DNA of 63,814 nt, counting the filler, from Octopus bimaculoides (lineage: Eukaryota), in NCBI RefSeq assembly GCF_001194135.2. It is 5 parts of 5 records of this genome, joined end to end, with 100 filler letters (N's around TTAATTAATTAA, not from the genome) between each part and the next. Parts side by side here need not be neighbours in the genome. Positions count along the whole stretch, not along the records: positions 29,096 to 46,700 come from NC_068982.1; positions 46,801 to 60,080 come from NC_068985.1; 3 more parts are not named here. The stretch is one strand, 5' to 3'. This document shows, one piece after another, positions 38,580 through 51,991 of the stretch. A model generated the notes under the pieces. It was not told the DNA's origin and did no database searches. It was given only the letters and a program-made list of their open reading frames with translations. The first letter of the stretch is position 1, and the number at the start of each line of letters is the position of its first letter. A program made the position numbers and the translations under genes.

Positions 38580-38780
38580 GGTACTACTAAAGCAGCGCGG
38601 ACCCGAACGCGCAGTCGCGCGTCCGCGCTAGCTAGTCTTGAGTGGTCGATCCTATCCCTAACCCTAACCCGCGTGTGCAAATGAATACGTGTTTAGGGTT
38701 AGGGTTAGGATCGACCACTCACGACTAGCTAGCGCGGACGCGCGACTGCGCGTTCGGGTCCGCGCTGCTTTAGTAGTACC
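38580..38780. mobile_element. 201-bp foldback MITE with 88-bp TIRs, 9-bp TSD and internal telomeric repeats (MULE- or Merlin-like)
   Basis: 38580-38667 versus the reverse complement of 38693-38780: 86/88 identical. CATATAAAT at 38571-38579 and 38781-38789. TIRs start GG; inner ends are CCCTAA / TTAGGG repeats. Confidence 0.9.
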
Positions 38781-40234
38781 CATATAAATAATGTATACAC
38801 ACATACATACGCCATAAATATAAAATGATGCATATGTGTATATATACACATATATATATCTGTATAAATATGTATTGTACCACAGGGCTAGCCCCTAAAC
38901 TCACCAAATACTTCAATCTCTCCTACAAGGATTCATTCTGACCATCTTTTGAAACTCGCAACACCATATCCAACTCCCCAAGAAAAGAACCTCTCTGACT
39001 GCCAACTATTCCCTCTTGCAACTTGCTCCTTACGTCTTCAATGTAATGGAGACAACCATTCGCAACACCGGCAATCTCTCTCTCCAAAATGACCATAATT
39101 CTGGCATAACAAACATACCCGACTCTTTCCCTTTATCTTATCACCTACCCTTACCTCAGCCCACCTCTCCTACTGCCAATCACTACTGTACTGACTCCAC
39201 CCAACAAATACCCGTCTTTTCCCCCATAGCACTCTTGCTCCTTCCACCCTCCCACCTATTTGGGTACTTTTCATCTCTCTGTCTCTCTCCTCTATTTATC
39301 ATTTCCCTCTGCAGTCACTTGAGAAAATGCAAATGCCCGAGGTTAAAAAGTACTCACTACACTTCTAACCCTGCCTCTGCTATCACAGCTCCCGTTCCTA
39401 TTTCCATCCTCGTCTAAACCCCGCCACCCTACAAGTTACTAAATGTTCTCAACATTTACTGCGTACAATGCACTTCAACTTCTATGCTGATCCTATGATG
39501 GAACCTGCCATATACCATCTACAGGTGAATGGTGAGTGCAGTTACCTCCCTAGTGCTGGTGCCACAAAAACGCATCCAGTACATACTGTAAAATGATTGG
39601 CAAATGAGCAGAAATAGTTGCAATGTCCCTTTAATCTGTCCCACCAAAAGTCTATTCAACTTCTCTAGTTGGGACACCATGAGAAGTAGTTGGTGATAGT
39701 AAGGATATCCAGCCATAGAAACCAAACCAAATGATGTTTGTGGAGGGAGTATATATATCACATTTTTATGGACCATACTAAAGTGAGAATAACAAGATAT
39801 AATTTGTGGAACGTGACTTTTCTTTTTCTTTTTGCAGACTAATCCCCTACATTTAAAAATTATACTTTAGAAGAAAAAAAAGCAATATAAAGATTAACTT
39901 AGAGTACTCAGAAGTAAAGAAGAGACAAAAAGATGGGAAAATTTTTTTTTAAGAAACAATCTCTGGTATCACTAATTTTACTTCTAGAAGCAGAAATTTT
40001 TCAGAATAAATAGCAGATAGGTTCAGGCATGGTTGTAGCAGACCACCTTAGGCAAGTGTCTCCTACTATAGATCTAGGTCAATCAATACCTTGTGAGTGA
40101 ATCTAATAGATGGTAACTGAGTGGAAGCCCATCATGTGTGTGTGCATATATGTGTATGTGTTTGCTTACATCCCTGGTGTTAGAATTCAATATACATATG
40201 CTTTAGAAGTAAGGCATTAGGTGAGTACAGAGAA

Positions 40235-40316
40235 TAAGAAAATGACAAGTGAACAGAAATTAAGAAAATGACAAGTGAACAGAAATTAAGAAAATGACAA
40301 GTGAACAGAAATTAAG
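40235..40316. repeat. 26-bp minisatellite x3 (TAAGAAAATGACAAGTGAACAGAAAT)
   Basis: Three perfect adjacent units. Confidence 0.95.
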
Positions 40317-40859
40317 TAATCAACTTCATTAGCTTACTCAGCTCTGAATGCAATGCATCTTATGACAGAAACGGCTGTAACCCAACGAAATTGATTACAT
40401 TGTCATATATATATATACACACACACAAGTGAGTGAATGAATGAAAGAAAAAGGCACGCAACACATTTAGGAGTTACATGTATTATTTAAAACAGTTTGA
40501 TGCAGCTACATGTTGAAACTAACTCACTAACTCACACGGAACTGAATTAGAATGTTTTAAATAATATGTATGCATGTGTGTGTATACATGAATGTACGTG
40601 TCCATGTTCATATGTGCATTGAATAAGAATACATGTACATTTATGCATATGGGGGTCATACGCATGCATGCACGTATGTATGTGCATACATATTTGTACA
40701 CAAGCATATATGAAATGCATGTGTCAGTATATAAATATCTCCTTTTCAAAAAAAAAAAAAAAAAAAGCTGAACTACATATCAAACTTCCCAAATGAAAAG
40801 AAGTGTGCATATTTACAAAGTACAACAACAAAAAATGCATTCAGCAAAAATATATATAT

Positions 40860-40998
40860 CATCATCATCATCATCGTTTAACGTCCGCTTTCTATGCTAG
40901 CATGGGTTGGACGATTCGACTGAGGACTGGTGAAACCGGATGGCAACACCAGGCTCCAATCTAAATTTGGCAGAGTTTCTACAGCTGGATGCCCTTCC
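40860..40998 (-). mobile_element. SINE-like family C tail
   Basis: Close reverse complement of 29260-29390. Confidence 0.85.
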
Positions 40999-42015
40999 TT
41001 TGAAAAGATATGTAACCAAAGTTTGCTGGTATATACATTATATGAAATATCTGAACAAGAAAAAGTTTTAACAAAGAATGCTTAAAGTTCAGTTGTGATA
41101 TCAAAGGAAGACAGTGCACATTGGAAATAAGATATGCTTGCCAGAGCAAATGTTATGAAGAAAGAAAATTCCCAAAGAAATTTGAAATGTGATAAGTACA
41201 AGCATGGTCATGCAGACAAGAAGCTTGCTTCACAGCAACATGGTTTCAGGTTCGATTTCACTGCATGGAACATTAGGTGCCTTCTATGATAGCCTTGTGA
41301 GTGATATTTGATAGACAGGAACTGCATATGCAGATATGTGTGTTTTTGTGTCTATATGGTGTATACATATGCCTGAGTACGTGTATGTCTGTGTATATGT
41401 CCCCCATATGTCTTTGTCTTAACGTTACTTGGACTAAATATCAGAGAAGCATTTTACTTGAACAAGTAAAGGTCTGCATCAAAAAAGGGTATTTGACAAG
41501 AAAACTGCCCCAAGTAGTCTCATCCAACCAATGCTAATATGAAAAAGGTGGACGTAAAAATGATGATTTGTGAGGAATGTGAAAGTGACTAAACTTTGCC
41601 AAAAATAAAATGCTGCTGCTTAAATGATGTTAGGTAGGCATCAGAGAACCCTTACACTCACATGTGAAAAGCAATATACATGAAAAGTGGTTGACAATTT
41701 GTCTATTTGAAGAAGAGGTAAAGGACAAATTCTATAGTATAACTAACATTTTGCTAATCTGCTACCATTTATTCAAAATTAATAGTAGTAGAGGAGCATA
41801 GCATGTTAACACAGGTATGACCAAGTTCATCTGTGGATGCATTTTCCAGTCCTTTAATGTATTTAGTGTCAGTAGTGGATTATATGTAGTCTTTAAGGCA
41901 AATGTTGATGATTTATGGTCTGTATACTTCAAGCCTTCAAACAATTACTGAATATGCATTATGCCTAAATAAGATGCTAATAATTCTTACTGAAAAGTAC
42001 TATCTTTTAATTCAG

Positions 42016-42114
42016 ATAGTTGCAGGTGCTTGGACAAGAACACAGTGGTCAGTTTCCAGCTATCAGTTCTTGAGGAACTCCTCCCATTCAACACATCTAT
42101 CAACGAACACAGAG
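42016..42114 (+). CDS. Candidate internal coding exon (99 nt)
   Basis: Acceptor atcttttaattcag, donor GAG|GTATGT. Open in phase 1 (SCRCLDKNTVVSFQLSVLEELLPFNTSINEHR) and also in phase 0; inside a CpG-depleted domain. Confidence 0.4.
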
Positions 42115-43738
42115 GTATGTGGACTTGAAGTGTAGCTCTGGCCAATTTTAATTTAATCTTTTGGAAAGCTGAAGTCCATTGTCATCCTAATTAATAGGTT
42201 GATATTTCCTTTTCTCATGCAAATATTGGTCAACAATTAAGTGCATAATGATGAAACAAAAATCAAGCAATAAAAATTAACAATTCTCTTAATCTAAGTA
42301 AAGTGCATACTGGAAACTTATGAATAGCTTTCCCTTTTTTGTTGAGTGAGTGACTTATATATTTGTTCACTGCATGTCTCAGAAATATCAGTGAGGAAGT
42401 ACCAAAATGACACTTGATTGGTCACTTTGACATATTCTGTTGATCTTTCTACAAGTAAATGAAGATGTTCTACATGTTACCTTTCAGTAGACCATATAAC
42501 TAAGTCAGCATTAGGAATGATATCCAGATGTAGAAACTGAGCCAAAACAGACTATGGAAACTGGTGCAGCCTCTGACCTTGCTAGTTCCTGTCAAGATAT
42601 CCAACCCATGCCAGTATGGAAAAAGAGATGTTAAATGATGATGATGGTAAATGCAATATATGAAAATCAAACCTTGCAGAACATTATTGATGAATCATTG
42701 AAAAGTTCCTGTTATTATTGCCCATGGTAGTCAATAAGTGAAGTTATATACCACCTACAACTAGAATAAAGTCACAAAACAAATTTTCTCAAACACATTC
42801 AATGTTGGCCAAAATCAAAATGAGGCCTTCTCATATCACCAGATAATTCTTTTTGATAAAGCAAAGGGGCTATTTTTGTTGGGAAGAAGATATAGTCAAC
42901 TGAATCAATGTAGTTATTTTACTGGTACTTGTTTTGTCTATCTTGGAAGGGCAAAGGTAATGTTAACTCCGGCAAGATCTAAATCCAGGGCAAAGAAGAA
43001 TTAAACTAAATACTTGAGGTCATTAAAACCAATATGCTAACATCTCAGCAAAATTCTTAACCCTACATAACATCAAATATTTATTAATAAATTGACAATA
43101 AAAACTGAACCTTAAAGTATGAAACACAATCCAAAACACAATCATTAAATTGAGATAGAGTCAGAAAAGAAAAAGATTTGAATATAATTCCAAAGGTTTC
43201 CATAATTTATTTATGACAAAGTATTCATATGTATGCTCATATATTTATATATTACTCATACATGCCAATGTGCGACTTCTCCATGGCAGAGAACAGCTTA
43301 GTAGGACCATTGCATAAGAAGTGCTTGGCTGATTTGCATACAGAGCTCCTCCTGCCATATGAGTAAATTTGAGAAGCACTCTTGTAAAGTTAACAAGTTA
43401 AGCACCTACTTGGAATGACATCTGATAAAGAATAGTCAAGCGGTTAACCTGGCCACACTTATGTGATAAATAATATACAAGTGGGATTTTTACATATTAG
43501 TAAATGGATCAGATTGGAGCCTGATGCAGCCTTCTGGCTCGCCAGCCCTCAGTCAAACCGTCCAACCCAGGCCAGCATAGAAAGCTGTCGTTAAACGACG
43601 ACAATGATGATGATGAAAGAATAGTCTATAGAAGCAAAGTTAGACCAAATGCTACTTTTAAATCATATTACTTATCTAAATTTACTAGGTTGTAGAAAGT
43701 ATCCTCAATCAGTTGATCATAGAAATAATAATACTATA

Positions 43739-44598
43739 CAAGAGGGTATGCAAAAGAAACCAGAATTTTGCAATGTTATTTTATTCACTAAGCTTTATAT
43801 GTTTACACTTTTATCGCCATCAAAGTATTCTCCATTTGAAGCAATGCATCGATCCAGATGTGTTTTTCCACTGTTCGAAGCAGTGCTGGAACTCTTGGAA
43901 AGTGATGTTTTTAATGCCTCTGTCATTTTTTGTCTTCACTCCTTCCACATCTGCACTAACTTTATCACCAGTGATGACCTTCAAAAAGAGGTCCAGATCA
44001 ACTTCCAACTGTTCTTTCGGTTCATGATATGCATTCAGTCATGACTGCTTTTGATCTTCTGCAAGCAAGCTGCAACTCTTTTCATTTGCAATTCCTTGCT
44101 CAAAATTAGTTGGCAGGAGCTCCAGGACACACCAATCATATCAACAAGATCGTCAATTATTCAGTGACAGTCCTCCAAGATAAGTTCATGAATTTTCATT
44201 CGTTTGGGAGGTTGGCGGTTGCCCTGAACAAGGTTGGTCTTCAAGGAACGAGTGACCATTCCTAAAGAAAACCACTCGTTAACCTGTGTTTTTCTCATGG
44301 CAACATCCTTGTAAGCTGTTTGAAGCATGACAACTGTTTTGGCCACTATTTTCCCCAGCACGATACAGAATTTCACAGAGGCATGCTGTTCCTTCATTTC
44401 TGTTATCACAAAAATCAATGAACAGAGGAGAAGCACTGCAAAACAAAGACACATTACGTGACAGTACAACTCCATTGGAAGATGCCAGTCAGCAGACTGA
44501 TGCCTGAGGGTTGCATTGAGTGGCTTCTAGCAGAAGCCCGAACTACAATGGGCTTGATCCACAGAGAATGTTTCTGGTTACTTTTGGGTACCTCTTCG
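43739..44598 (-). mobile_element. Internally deleted, decayed mariner element
   Basis: TA-flanked imperfect TIRs. N-terminal MKEQHASVKFCIVLGK..VMLQTAYKD..KTQVNEWF and C-terminal EFQHCFEQWK; most of the catalytic core is missing. Confidence 0.85.
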
Positions 44599-45908
44599 TA
44601 TGTAGAGCACATCAGCCAGGTGGAGGCCATTCCTCCTGCTGTCATATCTAGAAGAAAAGGTTGAGCTCAACACTGTTACCTAACAAACCACTTGTCAACT
44701 TTACAGACTGCCTAATATAGAGAGCAATGAAGTTTACTTAGCCTGTAATAACCATTTTAAGCTGGATGGACCTGTCAGTTGAGAGTTAAATGTCTTCACC
44801 CCTGACCCAACAATGCTGATGATAGGATATGAATCAACAAACTTTTGGATGCTACCATATCTACCACATTAACCATGTTCTCTTAATTCATTAGGAGTTA
44901 CTAAATTTACTTGTTTGCTATCAACTCTGAACTAAGCTAACTCAAGTTAAACTGCCTTAGTGCTTGCCATGAAAAAATATTATATACCAGTTATCAATAC
45001 AAATGTGTTGTTATCTACTACTCTACTGAATAACATGGGTAATCTGTTAACCTTTGACTAATCTTCTCTCTCAACTTCTATGGCAAAATGGATACATGCA
45101 AATAACTTCTGGCCTAACTTGAAAGAAATTGCAATTACAAAAATTCCACTGTTGCCGTAATTCCTCACAGAAGTCTTCATGACACACAAAAAAGAGAGAG
45201 TAGCTGAAGAAGAGTTTCTAATTACAAACATACTCTTAAAGAACATGTCATTTTAAGCACAACCAAACATGCACTTTCAAAGGAAATATCTTCACACAAG
45301 GGAGACAAATAGAACAGGAAAATATGTCACTACTATCTTTCATAGAAATCGTTGAGAAAGAAACCCTTCAAATTTTGGCTTTGAGGTTTAATTAATGAAG
45401 CCTTATCCATGTTTTGACCTACATATATAAGAATCTAATTACAATTCCTTTTACCATTTTCATCAACTAACTGCTCCAGTTAATTCTGATGAGTACTTCC
45501 TATCATCCAGAAAAAAATAGGTTCATCTCTGAAACGACAACCTGACAATGGAATAAGTTTTGGGAAATCAGATCAATGAAATCTTAATTATCACTTTGAA
45601 TTTGCTATACTGTTAAGTGGTCGGCATTAAGAAGGGATCCAGACATGAAAACTTTGTCAAAGTAGTCATTGAAGCCCAGTGTAGATCTCTGGCAGCTAGT
45701 TGGATCCTGTTGAGTCATCCAAGCCATGCTAGCATAGAATAGGGATGTATGATAATGATGATGAATTATGCCAAACTCAAAGCAATGAGCTTTTTCCTTC
45801 GTTAAAATATAATTCTTGCTAAGTCTGAAGATATAAATGATATAAATGGGACAATCATATGAGGACTCTAATGAGAGATCCCAAAGCATTAAGCTGACTT
45901 CTTTATAT

Positions 45909-46299
45909 TTACTCTTTACTCTCTTTTACTCTTTTACTTGTTTCAGTCATTTGACTGCGGCCATGCTGGGGCACTGCCTTTAGTCGAGTAAATCGACCCC
46001 AGGACTTATTCTTTGTAAGCCTAGTACTTATTCTATGGGTCTCTTTTGCCGAACCGCTAAGTTACGGGGACGTAAACACACCAGCATCAGTTGTCAAGCG
46101 AAGTTGGGGGGGGACAAACACAGACACACAAACATATATATATATATATACATATATACGACGAGCTTCTTTCAGTTTCCGTCTACCAAATCCACTCACA
46201 AGGCTTTGGTCAGCCCGAGACTATAGTAGAAGACACTTGCCCAAGGTGCCACGCAGTGGGACTGAACCCAGAACCATGTGGTTGGTAAGCAAACTACTT
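45909..46299 (-). mobile_element. tRNA-SINE family B, well conserved
   Basis: Reverse complement of 57139-57646 with CpGs retained. Confidence 0.9.
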
Positions 46300-46800
46300 T
46301 ATTTCATTTCAATTTGCCATAAAGGCAGTACATAGAGAGTAGCTACGGGCTGGACAAAAACATTAATGAGCTGAAATGGATGATAAATATGATGGTATAA
46401 TGAGAGAAGGCAAAAGCCGCCCGCCGAACTTTGCTTCTCTATAACACTGTTCTTTATAAAATTAAATTTTCACATTGAGGCTATGAACCTCGTACATAAA
46501 AAGTCATAATTTAAGGCATTTTGCCTCTTACGATTTTTCATTACACAATATGAGGCACACGTCCTCTTAGGTTTTTTCACCCGATATAGCCTTCGCTTCT
46601 CTCAAGCAACACGATGGGTCTGGGTCGGGCCACTCTTTAATACTGAATTCGCCGAGGGGGAAGGAATTCACCAACGCACTTATGTGCCTACTCGACATGA
46701 NNNNNNNNNNNNNNNNNNNNNNNNNNNNNNNNNNNNNNNNNNNNTTAATTAATTAANNNNNNNNNNNNNNNNNNNNNNNNNNNNNNNNNNNNNNNNNNNN

Positions 46801-47040
46801 ATATATATATATGTATGTATGTGTGTATGTGTGTGTGTGTCTGTGTTTGGCCCGACAACATCGCTTGACAACCGATGCTGGTGTGTTTATGTCCCCGTAA
46901 CTTAGCGGTTCGGCAAAAGAGGCCGATAGAATAAGTACCAGGCTTCTAAAGAATAAGTCCTGGGGTCGATTTGTTCGACTAAAGGCGGTGCTCCAGCATG
47001 GCCACAGTCAAAAGACTGAAACAAGTAAAAGAGTAAAAGA

Positions 47041-47042
<2 letters not shown>
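46801..47042 (+). mobile_element. tRNA-SINE family B, 3' half (5' part lost in gap)
   Basis: Matches 57420-57646. Confidence 0.85.
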
Positions 47043-47080
<38 letters not shown>

Positions 47081-47189
47081 ATTTCGAGATCGTCACATTT
47101 TGCCAAATAAACACACGCACTATTGATAAACGTATCTCTGTGTGGGTGTCACTCTTAATATATATATATATATAAGCTTAACTATAGCA

Positions 47190-49360
47190 TTAACCTGCGT
47201 TAGATTAATATGCTCAGGTAAGTCTGATCTTGGAAAGATAAGCAAAGCAATAATTGATAAATATATACCTACACTTAGAAACCTATTGAAATCAAAAATA
47301 CGGTCTAACTCACTAGAATTACACTAATTGGTTTAATAAATTAGACAACAAAAAGAGTAAAAATTATCTAAGTAGATATTGATAGCTACTATTCATCTAG
47401 AAACCCTATATAACTAAATAAAGCCTTCTTGTTTGCAAAGAATAATTCAGATCTAAATATGAGTGAAGTCTACGTAATATCAATCCTATTATAAAATTCG
47501 ACAACAAATACTGAGTACGAAAAGACTCTAGTGATAGTTTTGTCATAACAAAGGGGTGTGCTGACGCAGCACAAGTCACAGTTTTAGTGGAAATATACAT
47601 ACAGTCTATATAGGGATGACGCACTTTATATCTTGGATAACATCTCTAATAGATGATTAGAAATATATAAAAAGAGATTTAATAATTTGTTTTAAAATAT
47701 AGATCTATCCATCAATTTCTTGCACTTTAACCTAGATCTAGAAATAGGTAAATATAAACCCTACCCTAAAGCGAATACTAGTTTAATACCTTAAACTAGT
47801 AAATAGTAACTCTCCAAGAAATATTACAAATAGATTAGTAGAAAATATTTCAAAAATAATTTCTAATCCCTCAGAGAATGAGGAAATATTTAAACAAAAT
47901 GTGGATTATTATAACATCGCTCTAAGTAAAGCGGGATATAAGCAAAAATTAAAATTCTATAGACTAGGTTTAAATTTGCAATAATAATATTAACATGGAA
48001 ATAAACAAATACCGGAATGGAATAATTACAAATAGCACAGGGTATAAATCTTATGAGAATGATATAAGAAACAAAATTTCAGGATACAGGAAACGTAAAT
48101 GAAAGAAACACATATGTCTAGGATAGAAGCAGTAAGGAGATTATTAAAACAAATGATAATAAGTAAGCCTATAACAAAACACCATAACAAGAGTAATTAT
48201 AACTATATGAATACAAGCCGAAACGGTACTCAAAACAACAAAACGATGGGATTTGAGAAGCTAAACGGTAATACTCCTAACACTTATGTAAAACACCTCA
48301 TGTATAAGTGAAATTAACCCCCTTAAAATTATTCTAAGGACAATATAATATGGTTCTTGATTCCTTTTGCAAAACAAATTTAAACTACTATAGTGAAATT
48401 ATTCTACGAAGCAGTATCTAAATATTTTTCTGAGAACAATAAATACCATAAAATTATAAACTTTCAGAAGTTAAGAACTGGATTTTGTACTTCTCGAAAC
48501 ATAGCACGAATTATAGCTACACAAAATAATAAAGGGTTAAATGATTTCTATAATGATATGGGTAAAGAATATATAAAGGAATTATTGAATAACCAAAATA
48601 ATGAGGAATTTAATGGTAGATTGGGATACACAATAAACGAAGGAAGAGTAGTTACTCTTACAGGCTCCCCACTAGAATCTAAAAATATAATCATGAAATA
48701 TGAAAAGGGTAGAGATAATAAACAATACTAATAGCAAAAACGATGATGGAAATACAAGCACTAACAATACAAATAGAGGAGAAAACGATATTAACATTAT
48801 GATAGATGAGGAAAGCAATGCAAAAATGGATATTTTGATAGTTATGACTGCTAACATAGCAAATAAATATAATGCGATTCACTCGGGAGACATAGTATAC
48901 AAGCAGAGCATATCTGGTAAGGAAACAAGGAATGCTCCTAAAAATAAAACCTGTGATTGTGTCAAAGACGATCGATGTCCATTAAGAATTTTTTTGTAGA
49001 GAGAAAGGTGTTATATACGAGTGTAAAGTAACCTCGGAGGGACAGATTACTATTATATTGGTTCTACTGAAAATCATATAAAAAGAAGGATAGCGAACCA
49101 TGAAAACACCTTTAGGTATAGGAGAAAAGAAGTTAATACTAGTCTTAGTAAACTAATTTGGGCGATTAAGGATAAAAATAGGGAGTATACACTTAGGTGC
49201 GAAACAATTAGCCGGGCAAAATCTTGTATCTTTGGGAACAAAAGTTGTGAACTCTGTGTAGAGAAAATTTATCAAATACTTACTTCAAAACACACATTAT
49301 TAAACAAGAGAGAAAGAGGTTTATAGTGTGTGCATAATGTTAAATATTCATTTAATACAT
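47190..49360 (+). mobile_element. Decayed, 5'-truncated Penelope-like element (Neptune-type): RT + GIY-YIG endonuclease
   Basis: Across frameshifts: VRLICSGKSDLGKISK, DIDSYYSS, FVITKGCADAAQVTVLV, YRDD (47609-47620), NIIWFLIPF, CDC..DRCPL, VIYEC / YYIGSTEN..KRRIANHENTF, SLSKLIW, CELC, LLNKRE. Confidence 0.9.
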
Positions 49361-51111
49361 TTAAATAAATTGAAATAGAAATTAAATAGAAACTGTGTGG
49401 GTAATATAATTATACATAAGGACAATAAATATACCTTCGTTCATTTTAAATAGTTTTTGTCAAAGAATTAAATTTGATGTATAGGCTACCTAAGAATCTT
49501 ACTGCCACACTATTAATTAAACTGACAAATAATGTAGGAACCCAAACTATCAACTAATATATCTAAATAAATTATACTAGCAATAAGAGAGGAAAGATAT
49601 TTTTGTCTATTAATAAAGTTAAAATATATATTTTTGTTTATTGAATTTAAATAAATTTAATCTAAATAAATACTGTATAAACAAAACAATATCTCAGTTC
49701 CTAAATATACTGCCTTTATAATTAAATAACTCAGGTAGAAATAAAGCAGTGTACATTATAAAATAAGTATCATCTAAACCATTGATTAAATAGACAAGTA
49801 TAAGTAAGAACACAAACTACAAAGATATATATCTAAATGAGAAATTTATATTAGTAAGAACTAATATAACTTTTACAATAAGAATAAAAAATAAATTAAT
49901 GAGTAAAAGGTAGCAAATAAGCACATGCCAAGATTTATAGGTTACCAATAAATAGGAACATATAAATATATTGTGAACATGATAGATAGAACAAATGGTG
50001 AAGAGAGGTCTATAAACCTATTCAGATCCACTGGATAGAGATAATGGCAAATGACCAACTTGAAGAAGCTGATTTGCACCACTAAAATGGGGGAATAGTA
50101 ACTTGACTTAGTTCTTCTGAACTATAGCTATCCTTTGTCCAGTAAGGTCGAAATCAGCCCCTAGCTATTTTTACAAGGGAATCCAAAATGCACAGGCTAC
50201 AATTCATCTTGAATGAACTGTCCATAGTTAGGATGTCTGAAAAAATAATGGTCAATTTTTACTTTGAGAAACTTTTGCTCTGACAGAGGTCTTGGCTCTT
50301 TCAAATTCATAAGGCAATTAAATTGCATAAATATGGATTTAAGTAATTAAAATTGAAAGGCGCGCAGGCAACATGAGTTGAATATTGTTATAATAAATAC
50401 CTTGATTATTCTGTGTACGCTTTCAGCATTTTCTTTGCATTCTCTCTCTCTCTCTCTNNNNNNNNNNNNNNNNNNNNNNNNNNNNNNNNNNNNNNNNNNN
50501 NNNNNNNNNNNNNNNNNNNNNNNNNNNNNNNNNNNNNNNNNNNNNNNNNNNNNNNNNNNNNNNNNNNNNNNNNNNNNNNNNNNNNNNNNNNNNNNNNNNN
50601 NNNNNNNNNNNNNNNNNNNNNNNNNNNNNNNNNNNNNNNNNNNNNNNNNNNNNNNNNNNNNNNNNNNNNNNNNNNNNNNNNNNNNNNNNNNNNNNNNNNN
50701 NNNNNNNNNNNNNNNNNNNNNNNNNNNNNNNNNNNNNNNNNNNNNNNNNNNNNNNNNNNNNNNNNNNNNNNNNNNNNNNNNNNNNNNNNNNNNNNNNNNN
50801 NNNNNNNNNNNNNNNNNNNNNNNNNNNNNNNNNNNNNNNNNNNNNNNNNNNNNNNNNNNNNNNNNNNNNNNNNNNNNNNNNNNNNNNNNNNNNNNNNNNN
50901 NNNNNNNNNNNNNNNNNNNNNNNNNNNNNNNNNNNNNNNNNNNNNNNNNNNNNNNNNNNNNNNNNNNNNNNNNNNNNNNNNNNNNNNNNNNNNNNNNNNN
51001 NNNNNNNNNNNNNNNNNNNNNNNNNNNNNNNNNNNNNNNNNNNNNNNNNNNNNNNNNNNNNNNNNNNNNNNNNNNNNNNNNNNNNNNNNNNNNNNNNNNN
51101 NNNNNNNNNAC

Positions 51112-51143
<32 letters not shown>

Positions 51144-51156
51144 CACACACACACAT

Positions 51157-51199
<43 letters not shown>

Positions 51200-51936
51200 A
51201 TGATATACGTATATATTTATAAAATTCTATGTACACAAATATGCATAAGTGTGGGCGAGACAAAGAGAGAAATAAAAAGAGATAGGCGCCAATTACATTG
51301 TTACATTTGGGAAAAATTAAACTGAATTAACCTTATAAATTAAACCTATAACCTGTTGTTATTTGTCTATATCTCACTCTTCTTTCATTTTCCAAAGCAG
51401 TTAACGTGTGTTTATTGTATCAAAAATAAATATTATTTTGGAGGAACAATACGAGAGAATAACTAGTTTGGAAAATTGGAAAGAGAAGTAACATATAGAC
51501 AAACAACAACTGGTGATCGTGTGTGAATGGCTTATCAAATGTGACACTTCCTCAATTTTACAATGATAGTTTCATCACACAGTTTCACATTCTTGAAAAC
51601 GAAATTCAATACACACTTTAATATATATTTTGGCTTATTCAATATTGTAAATAGAATGTAGTTAACATCAAGCGTCTTTTGCTTTAGAAAGGTCTATCTT
51701 TATATTTATTTTATCATGTGTTCCTAATGTATACGTACTTACATATATACATACATGCATTCATACATATAAGTGTGTATGCGCGCGCGCGTCTGTTTGT
51801 GTGTGTGTGTGTGTGTGTAAGTGCGCAATTGCCTCTACGTGTCTATGTACGTATATACATACACAGTTATGCGTACGTGTTAGATAGAAAGAGGTGGAGA
51901 GACAAGAGCGAGAGAGAGAGAGAGAGGAGGGAGAGT

Positions 51937-51991
<55 letters not shown>

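Noticed and set aside
38651-38709. TTAGGG/CCCTAA repeats as a telomere or fusion scar
   Set aside because: Only ~2-3 units per side, in CCCTAA-then-TTAGGG order (opposite to an end-to-end fusion), and enclosed by TIRs and a TSD.
40235-40316. 26-bp repeats as a CRISPR array
   Set aside because: Units are adjacent with no spacers, there are no cas genes, and the context is eukaryotic.
41636-41717. Open 28-codon stretch before a GAG|GTAAAG donor
   Set aside because: The acceptor lacks a pyrimidine tract and nothing else supports it.
43649-44044. 131-aa and 104-aa plus-strand ORFs
   Set aside because: Antisense to the mariner relic.
50055-50160. GCTGATTT...AAATCAGC stem after TTGAAGAA as a hammerhead for the Penelope element
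   Set aside because: The core is imperfect and GAAA lies inside the stem rather than after it.
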